A stretch of DNA of 24,000 nt from Terriglobales bacterium (GTDB lineage Bacteria; Acidobacteriota; Terriglobia; Terriglobales; Acidobacteriaceae). Under the pieces are notes generated by a model that did not search any database, was not told where the DNA came from, and saw nothing but the letters and a program-made list of their open reading frames with translations. The stretch's first letter is position 1. Each line of letters begins with the position of its first letter. The stretch covers positions 24,499 to 48,498 of the forward strand of contig DASRFG010000026.1 of the NCBI GenBank assembly GCA_035651655.1, read 5' to 3'. Of this stretch, positions 16,564 to 24,000 are shown in pieces. Made by a program: the position numbers and the translations under genes.

Positions 16564-16992
16564 ATGGCTTTCACCAATGCACAAGGGCGTACGCAGAGTT
16601 CGCTTTCCGACATAAACGTCACTCCACTGGTGGACGTAGTGCTGGTACTGCTAATTATTTTCATGCTCACCGCGCCGGTATTGCAGTCGGGTATTGACGT
16701 GAACGTGCCGCGTACACGTACGGTTAAAGAAATCACCGAAGAGCGGACGGTGATCACCATTGATCGCCAACAGCGCGTGTTTCTAGGCAACGATCCAATC
16801 AACATCAATGAGATCGGCGCCCGGTTACGGAAGAAAATGCGCGATCCGTCGCGACAATCAATTTTCCTTCGCTCCGATGAAGACGTTCCGTTCGGCGCCT
16901 TCGCCACCGTTATGGACGCGGTGAAGCAAGCTGGCATCAGCAACGTAAGCATCGTTACCCAACCCATACAGCAGCATGGCAGCAAACGCTGA
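16564..16992 (+). CDS. tolR: Tol-Pal system protein TolR (ExbD/TolR family)
   Basis: ATG 16564 lies 1 nt after the tolQ stop. It has the ExbD hallmark INVTPLVDVVLVLLIIFM and a periplasmic domain. The track ORF (start 16486) overlaps tolQ. Confidence 0.88.
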   Translation: MAFTNAQGRTQSSLSDINVTPLVDVVLVLLIIFMLTAPVLQSGIDVNVPRTRTVKEITEERTVITIDRQQRVFLGNDPININEIGARLRKKMRDPSRQSIFLRSDEDVPFGAFATVMDAVKQAGISNVSIVTQPIQQHGSKR

Positions 16993-17767
16993 CATTTTTT
17001 TAGAACGCGATGGTTGGCGCGGGCCTTTGGCCTGGTCGGCAATCCTGCATTCCGCTCTGTTCGGCGGAATTCTGCTCTATTCAGCGGTAATCGGAAACTG
17101 GCGCGGTTCTGACTGGGGTAGCAATACAGGCAGCGGCGGAGGGGCGATGAACGCTACGCTGGTCAGCAATGTTCCGCTGCCCGCAAATCCAGTGCAGACC
17201 AACAATGTACTGGCGAACCAGTCGAAGGGCCTCACGCAATCGGCTTCCAAAGCGGTTGAGCAGACACCCGAAGCAATTCCGATTCCCGAGCGTGACGCCA
17301 GAACCAAACCCGCGAAAATTCCCAGCGCGAGCCATGCGAAACCGGTGGAGCCTGCGGAAGTGCCCAGCAATGCGGTGCCCTACGGTGAGGGGGGACCGGT
17401 CACCACCATGTACAGTTTCAGTTCTGCGGGCGCCAAAGGGGGCTTCGATTTCTCCGGTGCAGGTGGAGGCGATTTCGGCGCCAAGTACGGGTGGTACGTG
17501 GATGTGGTGCGTCGAAAAGTTTCCGAGAACTGGCTTAAGTACGAAGTTGACGCGCGCATCAGCGATGCCAGCCGCTGCTATGTGACGTTTGACATCACGC
17601 GCTCAGGCCAGCCGACCAATGTGCGGGTTGAGCAATCCAGCGGCGTACCTTCGCTGGATGTCTCCGCAGTACGCGCGTTGCAGCGGATTGACAGCTTCGG
17701 GCCGCTGCCCGGCGATTATTCTGGCAGCAAAGTGTCAGTGGAGTTCTGGTTCGATTACCACCGCTAA
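16976..17767 (+). CDS. TolA-position protein with a TonB-type C-terminal domain
   Basis: It has an N-terminal TM anchor (WSAILHSALFGGILLYSAV), a Pro/Ala-rich spacer, and a TonB_C-like end (YVDVVRRKVSENW...VTFDITRSGQPTNVRVEQSSGVPSLDVSAVRALQR). It lies between tolR and tolB and overlaps tolR by 17 nt. Confidence 0.75.
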   Translation: MAANADIFLERDGWRGPLAWSAILHSALFGGILLYSAVIGNWRGSDWGSNTGSGGGAMNATLVSNVPLPANPVQTNNVLANQSKGLTQSASKAVEQTPEAIPIPERDARTKPAKIPSASHAKPVEPAEVPSNAVPYGEGGPVTTMYSFSSAGAKGGFDFSGAGGGDFGAKYGWYVDVVRRKVSENWLKYEVDARISDASRCYVTFDITRSGQPTNVRVEQSSGVPSLDVSAVRALQRIDSFGPLPGDYSGSKVSVEFWFDYHR

Positions 17768-17837
17768 TAAGTGTTCAGGTACGGCTGAAGGATTTTTTGG
17801 TTGAATTTTCAAGTCCTCAATTGGTAGGGTCAAACTA

Positions 17838-19169
17838 GTGAATAAGCGTCTTGTTTCCTTAATCTTTTCTTTTTTCTTACTGCTTGGATCACTTTCTGCG
17901 CAGCAGGATTGGATTCGCACCGGGACCGGCTTGGGGGTGGAGCGGGTCCGTCTTGCCGTTCCTGATTTCAAGGCCGCCGACGCCAATCCCCAGACAGCTG
18001 CCTTGAACAAAGTTTTCAACGACACTTTGTGGTATGACCTCGACCACGCCGGCATTTTTGATCTGGTTTCCAAGAGCTTTTATCCGGTTACATCGTTGGG
18101 CAGCCCGCAAGATATCAAGCTTGAGATCTGGAACGTCCCGCCGCCAAACGCCGCAATGGTGGCGTTTGGAAATCTGGGAATCTCGGGTCAGGACGTTATC
18201 GTCCAAGGATGGCTCTACGACGTAAGAAATGCGGCATCACCACAAGTTCTTGGCAAACAGTACAGAGATACGGCCACGCCGGAGCACGCGCGAGTTATCG
18301 CGCATCGTTTTGCGGATGAGATTATCTTCCGTCTGGGTGGCGGCATACAGGGGATTGCCGAGAGCAAAATAGTTTTTGTCAGCAATCGCTCCGGGCACAA
18401 AGAAATCTGGGAAATGGATTACGATGGCGCCAACCAGCACCAGGTCACCCATCTCGATTCGATTTCGCTTTCGCCGCGTATCTCTCCGGATGGCTCACGC
18501 ATTGCCTTTACCTCGTATGCCAAAGGTGGGGTTGACCTTCTGATGTACTCCCTTGACCTGGGGCGCTTGGTCAGCTTCCCGCGTTTCGGTGGAACCAACA
18601 TTTCGCCGGCGTGGATGCCAGACGGAACCAAACTTGCGTTTTCTTCGTCACGCAGCGGCGACCCTGAAATTTATGTGGTGGACAGCGACGGTCAGAACTT
18701 AAAGCGCATAACGAACTCTAAAGGGCCGGACGTTTCCCCGGTTTGGAACCCCAAGACGGGCGCTCAGATCGCCTGGGTCAGCGGCCGTACTGAGCTCCCG
18801 CAGCTCTACACCATGGAAGCCGACGGCACGAACTTGCAGCGGCTTACGGACCAGGGCTATTCGGTGTCCCCCTCATGGTCACCCAATGGGCAGTTCCTGG
18901 TGTTCTCCTGGGTGCGGAATTACGGACCAGGTGCCCCGGGTGCGGCAGACATTTACATCATGGATCTGACTACCCATCAGTGGGTTCAATTGACGCATGA
19001 CGGCGGGCGCAACGACTTTCCGTCGTGGTCGCCTGACGGGCGACACATCGTGTTTCAGTCCAGCCGATCAGGCTCCGAACAGCTATGGAGCATGTTGGCG
19101 GATGGCACGCAGCCACAACAATTAACCACCGCGGGCAGCAATACACAGCCAAATTGGAGCTGGAAATAA
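17838..19169 (+). CDS. tolB: Tol-Pal system beta-propeller protein TolB
   Basis: It has a GTG start, a signal peptide (LLLGSLSAQQ), an N-terminal TolB domain, and repeated propeller blades (SPxxSPDGxxIAF / PxWSPDG motifs). Confidence 0.9.
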   Translation: MNKRLVSLIFSFFLLLGSLSAQQDWIRTGTGLGVERVRLAVPDFKAADANPQTAALNKVFNDTLWYDLDHAGIFDLVSKSFYPVTSLGSPQDIKLEIWNVPPPNAAMVAFGNLGISGQDVIVQGWLYDVRNAASPQVLGKQYRDTATPEHARVIAHRFADEIIFRLGGGIQGIAESKIVFVSNRSGHKEIWEMDYDGANQHQVTHLDSISLSPRISPDGSRIAFTSYAKGGVDLLMYSLDLGRLVSFPRFGGTNISPAWMPDGTKLAFSSSRSGDPEIYVVDSDGQNLKRITNSKGPDVSPVWNPKTGAQIAWVSGRTELPQLYTMEADGTNLQRLTDQGYSVSPSWSPNGQFLVFSWVRNYGPGAPGAADIYIMDLTTHQWVQLTHDGGRNDFPSWSPDGRHIVFQSSRSGSEQLWSMLADGTQPQQLTTAGSNTQPNWSWK

Positions 19170-19251
19170 TTGGAATTACATTTCAGAAATCTGGAGATCA
19201 AATCGTTTTTGCATTCGCTCTTGGGGAAATCAATCCCACTGGAGTTTACTT

Positions 19252-19278
19252 ACGCGCCTGAGGGCGCGTTGTTCTTTT
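19252..19278 (+). terminator. Hairpin plus T-tract between tolB and pal (possible attenuator or partial terminator)
   Basis: ACGCGCC (19252-19258), loop TGAG, GGCGCGT (19263-19269), then TGTTCTTTT. It lies immediately upstream of the pal Shine-Dalgarno sequence GGGAGGA (19281-19287). Confidence 0.4.
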
Positions 19279-19291
19279 GAGGGAGGATGAG

Positions 19292-20026
19292 GTGAAGCAC
19301 ACTTATAGCAAATGGTTCACGCTGGTACTTGCGCTGAGCGTCGTCATGATGCTGGGCGCATGCAAGAAGAAGGTAGCTCCGCCACCACCGCCACCACCGC
19401 CGCCGCCCACCGCTCCCACAGCGTCATTGACGGCAAACCCCAGTTCCATTAACAAGGGCGAGTCAACCACGCTGACGTGGGAGACGCAAAATGCCACCGA
19501 CGTCAGCATTGATGGCCAGGGCGCCGTGCAGCCGAGCGGCTCGAAGAGCGTAACCCCCACGGACTCGACCACCTATCGCTTGGTGGCCAAAGGCCCGGGC
19601 GGCACTCAAGAGGCGACGGCGCGGGTTACAGTCAACCAACCGCCGCCACCACCGACGCAAGCCCCAAGCGCAAGTGACGAACAGTTGTTCAACCAGAGCG
19701 TCCGGGACATCTACTTCGATTATGACAAGTACGATATCCGGGCAGATCAGCAGGCCACGGCCCAAGCTGACGCCGCGTTCCTGTCGCAGCACCCCAATAT
19801 CAAGATCACCATCGAAGGGCACTGCGATGAACGTGGTTCCACAGAATACAACCTGGCCTTAGGCGATAACCGTGCCAACGCGGCGAAACAGGCGATGACG
19901 CAGGCCGGTGTTGCTGCGGACCGTATTCGCACCATCAGCTACGGTAAGGAGAAGCCGGTCTGCACCGAGCACAACGAACAGTGCTGGCAACAGAATCGGC
20001 GCGCTCACTTCGTGTATCAGAAGTAA
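19292..20026 (+). CDS. pal: Peptidoglycan-associated lipoprotein Pal (OmpA_C domain) with an inserted Ig-like module
   Basis: I chose GTG 19292, 4 nt after the GGGAGGA Shine-Dalgarno; the track start is TTG 19277. It has the lipobox MMLGAC, a P10 linker, a roughly 70-aa Ig-like segment, a P5 linker, then the canonical Pal/OmpA_C domain (IYFDYDKYDIR...IEGHCDERGSTEYNLALGDNRA...ISYGKEKP). Confidence 0.88.
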   Translation: MKHTYSKWFTLVLALSVVMMLGACKKKVAPPPPPPPPPPTAPTASLTANPSSINKGESTTLTWETQNATDVSIDGQGAVQPSGSKSVTPTDSTTYRLVAKGPGGTQEATARVTVNQPPPPPTQAPSASDEQLFNQSVRDIYFDYDKYDIRADQQATAQADAAFLSQHPNIKITIEGHCDERGSTEYNLALGDNRANAAKQAMTQAGVAADRIRTISYGKEKPVCTEHNEQCWQQNRRAHFVYQK

Positions 20027-20032
20027 GGTTTG

Positions 20033-20070
20033 GCAGGAGGACGGTCGAACCGTCCTCCTGCTTTATTTTT
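20033..20070 (+). terminator. Rho-independent terminator after pal
   Basis: GCAGGAGGACGG (20033-20044), loop TCGAA, CCGTCCTCCTGC (20050-20061), then TTTATTTTT. It has a 12-bp perfect GC-rich stem. Confidence 0.8.
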
Positions 20071-20182
20071 GATCCCAGATCATGCGTGACCGATGTTTTG
20101 GCCGCGCAGCATACAGCCGGCCGGCACACTCTTCGCAAGTGGTCGTTGGTCAGCTACTCAGCATCTAATCATCTACTATGGA

Positions 20183-21016
20183 ATGGTCATGAAAATACGC
20201 AAATTGCTTTTCTCTCTCGTGTTTCTGGGGCTTTCTCTGCCGGCGTTCCCCGCCAGCAAAGAGATCGTCCAGCTCCAGACCCAGGTCCAGGCTCTGCAAG
20301 ACCAGATGGCCCGCATGCAACAAAGCTTTGATGAGCGCATGGGCGTGATGAAGAACCTGGTGGAACAGAACACAGACAACATGAATAAGATCGTGGCCAC
20401 TATGGGCCAGCTGCAGCAAGCTCTGCAGAAGCAGGCCACCGACGCGGGTTCGCGCAGCGATCAGCTATCCGGGCAGTTGCAATCGCTGAACGACAGTGTG
20501 GACGAACTCAAGGCGCGCCTTGCCCGGGTAAGCAAGCAACTCGAGGATATGCAGGCCAACCAGCAGAATCTGCAGGCGCAACAGCAGCAGGCGGCACAAG
20601 CGCCCGCTCCGGACGTGCTTTACAACAACGGAGTGCGGGATTACAACGCCGGCAAGTCTGATCTCGCCAAGCAGGAATTCAGCGACTACCTGAAGTACTA
20701 CCCCAACACTGATTTGGCGGGCAACGCGCAGTTCTATCTGGCAGAGATGGAGTATCGTGACGGCAATTACAAGGCGGCTGCCCAGGATTACGACAAAGTT
20801 CTCGCCCAGTTCCCTGGCGGCAACAAGGCCGCTTCTGCCGAACTGAAGAAGGGATTGTCTCTGATGCAACTGGGAGACAAACAGGGCGCAGTGAAGGAAC
20901 TCAATACCGTCATCCAGCGCTTTCCTCGCTCTCCGGAGGCGACCCAAGCGCGCGACCAGTTGCGTCGGTTAGGAGTGGGGCCGAGTAGGGTGCGGCGAAC
21001 TTCGCCATCGGAATAA
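20183..21016 (+). CDS. ybgF: Tol-Pal system protein YbgF/CpoB (coiled-coil plus TPR)
   Basis: It has the signal peptide MVMKIRKLLFSLVFLGLSLPAFPA, a Gln-rich coiled coil, and the C-terminal TPR block YNNGVRDYNAGKSDLAKQEFSDYLKYYPNTDLAGNAQFYLAE...FPRSPEA. It is the last gene of the cluster. The track start at 20093 lies upstream of the likely ATG (20183 or 20189). Confidence 0.85.
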   Translation: MVMKIRKLLFSLVFLGLSLPAFPASKEIVQLQTQVQALQDQMARMQQSFDERMGVMKNLVEQNTDNMNKIVATMGQLQQALQKQATDAGSRSDQLSGQLQSLNDSVDELKARLARVSKQLEDMQANQQNLQAQQQQAAQAPAPDVLYNNGVRDYNAGKSDLAKQEFSDYLKYYPNTDLAGNAQFYLAEMEYRDGNYKAAAQDYDKVLAQFPGGNKAASAELKKGLSLMQLGDKQGAVKELNTVIQRFPRSPEATQARDQLRRLGVGPSRVRRTSPSE

Positions 21017-21085
21017 TTCTTCGTCGAAGACAGAGGCACGTACTGAGTCCGTACCGGTTGTCCCTGCGCTTAGCTCTTAGTAAAT

Positions 21086-21514
21086 CTAATTAGAAAGCCG
21101 CCAGCCGTCGTCGTATTTGCGAAAAACGGCTGTGCCTCGACCAGTTCTTGGCTCTTCCAGACCCTCAGAGTCTTTATCCATCCATTCATACTCCACTCGT
21201 TTAGTCGTGGGGCTGATGTCAGCAATGCCGGTAACACCTGTAATTTCAATTCCCGGGAAACGGTTGGAATGCGCGATCAGACGCCCCGCGCAACTGCGGG
21301 TCAGGATTCCGAACTCGCCATTGGTGAGACAGGTTGCGTGGATGCTCATGAATTGGTGGGCTGGGGGTTGAAAAGCATCGAAGGTGGTTACCATGACGCC
21401 CGCCAGCATGGTAAACGCGAATGCGTAGATGCACAGCGGTCCGATCCTGTGAAGCAGTAATCGGGAGAACGAAGTCAGCCTACGAAGCTCTTCCTGGGAT
21501 TGTTCCGAAAACAT
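21086..21514 (-). CDS. Hypothetical membrane-anchored protein
   Basis: The first ATG is at 21514 (MFSEQSQEELRR...); the track start at 21544 is TTG. It has one TM helix (IGPLCIYAFAFTMLAGVMVTTF). The C-terminal end, GRGTAVFRKYDDGWRLSN, resembles the last strand of NTF2/SnoaL-like domains. I recognise no family confidently. Confidence 0.45.
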   Translation of the reverse strand: MFSEQSQEELRRLTSFSRLLLHRIGPLCIYAFAFTMLAGVMVTTFDAFQPPAHQFMSIHATCLTNGEFGILTRSCAGRLIAHSNRFPGIEITGVTGIADISPTTKRVEYEWMDKDSEGLEEPRTGRGTAVFRKYDDGWRLSN

Positions 21515-21784
21515 AATGTTGGTCTCCGAGGACGTGACTGCCAATTCTGCTCAGTCGCGAGCTGGAGGTCAAGAAACCAAGGTAATTGTTGACCGTTCTT
21601 TTTTCTTGAACAGGGACTAACCCATAGACAGGTCGCTATTTTCTGGATGTGAAACTGTGCAGCCGCTTGGTCGTACCCTGTCGGGGAATTCACCGACCGA
21701 AGTTGCCCGAGGGGGGCCGATTCCATGCCCTGTGATGCAAACTGCCTAATCGCAAGGTGAGATGAATTTTGCGAACAAGTGTAG

Positions 21785-21804
21785 GGCGGACACTCTTGTC
21801 CGCC
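21785..21804. repeat. REP-like extragenic palindrome (hairpin)
   Basis: GGCGGACA, loop CTCT, TGTCCGCC: a perfect 8-bp stem, preceded by GTAG. It lies in a long non-coding region. There is only one copy in this window. Confidence 0.3.
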
Positions 21805-22272
21805 ACATGCCGAACGCAGGAATGCCCACACGTACAGGGCGCCGTGGGTCAGCAAGACACATGCCCTTACGGGTGGGAGCAATGGGTCGCGGCAATAGAG
21901 ACTCCAGGTCGAGAGATGTACGCCACTCCGGTGTGCATGGTGAAGCTTGGATTCTTACGAAAAAGCTCGACAGAAGGCCAATTTTCTGATTAAGTGTCCC
22001 GCCAATGGTAGGTTCGTGATCTGGGCTGGAACCAGGTGTCGTTTTCAGCACATATGACTGTCCATAGATGTTATGTGAGCTTATTCAAAAAACCGTATAT
22101 GTATCCGCCTCTCTGATAGTAAGTTGCAGGAAACAAACGAGAGTGCAATGGACTCTGAATTGCCTCTGAGGCACCCAATACCCGCACTTTTTCTTATAAG
22201 TAGTTGGTCTTATAGGGGTTCCGTTATATAGCAGCAGGGCACCACCGCAATTTTAATTATTGAGGTGACCAC

Positions 22273-24000
22273 ATGCGACGCCTACTGGGAACTAGTGTAT
22301 TACTTCTGTTGTTTGCGGTTGCAGGTTATGCGCAAACCTTTCGTGGTGCGATCAACGGTACAGTCACGGATCCCTCGGGAGCCGTCGTGCCTAACGCCAA
22401 TGTAAAGGCTGTAAACAACGCCACCGGCGTGACCAACGCGATGACCACCACCAGTAATGGCCAGTTCGCGTTTCAGGATTTGCCGCTGGGTTCCTACAAG
22501 GTCAGCGTCTCGGCTAGCGGTTTCCGCCCGATCGCGGTTGACAACGTAATCGTGACCGCCGGCTCCATCTACACCTTGCCGGTCAAGCTTGCTCTAGGGC
22601 AAGAATCCACCTCGATTGAAGTTTCCGCTGCCGCTCTTGCGGTCGATACCACCACCCAAACCCAAACCATGACGATTCCATCAGCGGTTGTTCAGGATGT
22701 TCCGCTGAATGGACGCGACTTCACGCAGTTGATCTCGGTGGAGCCCGGCTTTGGCGGATACAACGTGGGCGGCTTTGGCTCGTTGAATGGTACCCGTCCC
22801 AATCAGGTGAACTGGCAGATTGACGGCGTGGACAATAATGACCTGTGGCACAACATTCCAGCGGTCAACCAAGGTGGCGTTTCTGGGATCGCCGGTATCA
22901 TCCTCCCCATCGACTCTATTGACGAATTTTCCGCACAGACTCAGTCTGGCGCAGAGGCAGGACGCAACGCCGGTGGCACCGTAAATGTGGTTATGAAGTC
23001 CGGCGGAAATGCGTTCCATGGCTCCGTCTATTATTACAATCGGAACGAATTCTATGCCGCGTCTTCGCCCTTCTTCACCAAGAGCGCAACCGTTACAAAG
23101 GCGCCGCCGCTTCGCAATCAAAACTATGGGCTGAGCGTTGGCGGACCCATAATTAAGAACAAGACTTTCTTCTTCCTCGGGTACGAGAAGCAACAATATT
23201 TGATTGGTTTGTCAGGCCTGGCAACTGAGCCATCCGATGCGTGGATTGCCAACGCGCAAAGTGTCTTGAATAAGTTCGGTGTACCAGAGAGTTCTCTTTC
23301 CGCAAACTTAATTGGGCCGAATGGTTTCTGGCCAAAGAACTTGATCGGCAACCTGCCTGCCACGACCCACAACTTCTTTAGCCCTGTTGCCTCTACCGGA
23401 TACAGCTACAACGCCGATGCGAGGATCGACCATAATTTTACCGAGAACGAGCGCCTCTCCTTCCGCTGGTTCGGAGGACAGGGTAGCCAGACAGCGCCGC
23501 TCGGTGGCAGCCCCGCCTTGGGAACCGCCAGTTCGAACTTAAAGGACTATTTCGAGGTGGCGCCGCTGCATGTGTATAACTACGCCCTGGTTTGGAACTC
23601 GGTTTTCTCCACACGGCTGACCAATCAGGTCCTCTTTGGAGTGAACTATTTCAACCAGGTCTTCCATGATTTCAACAACAAATTCGATACCAAATCGATG
23701 GGCTTATTTTTGAGCCCGGATGCAAAAGTGAACGGTCAGCCGATTCGCGGCGCGCCGCAAATCGTCATCGGAGATTTTGAGCATATCGGTCTCACGCCTC
23801 CGGAAGGCCGCAATGACATTACCGGCCATCTTACCGATATCGTCTCCTACACCATGGGTAAGCATCAATTCCGCTTCGGAGGCGAGGTTCGCCAGGGCCG
23901 CGTTAATGAGTTCTATTTCCGCCGTGGAACCGGACAGTTCACCTTCGACGGATCTCAAGGACCTTGGGCGTCTTCCATATGCTCTACTCCACCCGCACCA
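22273..24000 (+). CDS. TonB-dependent outer-membrane receptor with an N-terminal carboxypeptidase-regulatory-like domain (3' end outside window)
   Basis: I translated it by hand from ATG 22273 (Shine-Dalgarno GAGGTGA at 22262-22268). All 576 codons to base 24000 are free of stops. It has the signal peptide MRRLLGTSVLLLLFAVAGYAQ and a CarboxypepD_reg-like segment (GTVTDPSGAVVPNANVKAVNNATG...FQDLPLGSYKVSVSASGF). It also has plug/barrel motifs (LNGRDFTQL, GTVNVVMKSGGNAFHGSVYYYNRN, FFFLGYE). It is absent from the ORF track because it has no stop in the window. Confidence 0.85.
   Translation, partial: MRRLLGTSVLLLLFAVAGYAQTFRGAINGTVTDPSGAVVPNANVKAVNNATGVTNAMTTTSNGQFAFQDLPLGSYKVSVSASGFRPIAVDNVIVTAGSIYTLPVKLALGQESTSIEVSAAALAVDTTTQTQTMTIPSAVVQDVPLNGRDFTQLISVEPGFGGYNVGGFGSLNGTRPNQVNWQIDGVDNNDLWHNIPAVNQGGVSGIAGIILPIDSIDEFSAQTQSGAEAGRNAGGTVNVVMKSGGNAFHGSVYYYNRNEFYAASSPFFTKSATVTKAPPLRNQNYGLSVGGPIIKNKTFFFLGYEKQQYLIGLSGLATEPSDAWIANAQSVLNKFGVPESSLSANLIGPNGFWPKNLIGNLPATTHNFFSPVASTGYSYNADARIDHNFTENERLSFRWFGGQGSQTAPLGGSPALGTASSNLKDYFEVAPLHVYNYALVWNSVFSTRLTNQVLFGVNYFNQVFHDFNNKFDTKSMGLFLSPDAKVNGQPIRGAPQIVIGDFEHIGLTPPEGRNDITGHLTDIVSYTMGKHQFRFGGEVRQGRVNEFYFRRGTGQFTFDGSQGPWASSICSTPPAP

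Noticed and set aside
21521-21730. Possible cobalamin-riboswitch-like elements on the minus strand (a GGTGAATTCC hairpin, GCGACCTG...TGGGTTAG, and GGAGACC near the start of the hypothetical gene)
   Set aside because: These are only loose resemblances to the conserved core and the B12 box. The CCCGC core and a proper AGYCMGGAGACCKGCC box are missing, and the downstream gene has no link to B12. An Infernal search with RF00174 would settle it, and I expect no hit.
21845-21853. GTGGGTCAG, a 9-nt match to the core of the IS-like element's inverted repeat
   Set aside because: The match does not extend beyond 9 nt and has no partner repeat or duplication. It is compatible with chance in 48 kb of two-strand sequence.
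22681-23958. Minus-strand ORFs (171, 82, 60 and 84 aa) listed in the track
   Set aside because: They are antisense shadows of the open-ended TonB-dependent receptor gene on the plus strand.
1-24000. Search for CRISPR arrays, tRNA or rRNA genes, and prophage or integrase genes
   Set aside because: I saw no regularly spaced direct repeats, no cloverleaf-like or rRNA-like conserved stretches, and no integrase or recombinase ORFs. The only mobile-DNA signal is the IS-like element at 232-1929.

Overview
The window looks like a chromosomal segment from a hopanoid-producing Gram-negative soil bacterium. The gene content and the architecture of the outer-membrane receptor suggest Acidobacteriota, but that is inference only. 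There are five blocks.
(1) 1-165: the tail of an EamA-type transporter gene.
(2) 232-1929: a 1.68-kb IS-like element with no transposase. It has perfect 16-bp terminal inverted repeats and an 8-bp target-site duplication. It sits in the last codons of hpnE and carries a ClpP-fold (SDH-family) serine protease gene and a chimeric ORF that includes a transposase remnant.
(3) 1904-13756, minus strand: an 11-gene, tightly packed hopanoid operon, ispH-shc-hpnH-orf143-hpnA-hpnG-ADH-ADH-hpnC-hpnD-hpnE, with recN just upstream. Three of these genes have no assigned role in the hopanoid pathway: two tandem zinc MDR dehydrogenases directly after hpnG, and a 143-aa ORF translationally coupled to hpnH. I rate these as the most interesting candidates. 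The dehydrogenases could be the unassigned ribosylhopane-to-bacteriohopanetetrol reductase.
(4) 15852-21016, plus strand: a complete Tol-Pal cluster (tolQ, tolR, TolA/TonB-like, tolB, pal, ybgF). Its Pal carries an extra Ig-like module between polyproline linkers.
(5) 21086-24000: a small membrane-anchored hypothetical protein, a roughly 730-bp AT-richer intergenic region with a REP-like hairpin, and a large TonB-dependent receptor ORF. That ORF runs off the window end and is therefore missing from the supplied ORF track.
I found no rRNA, tRNA or CRISPR array.
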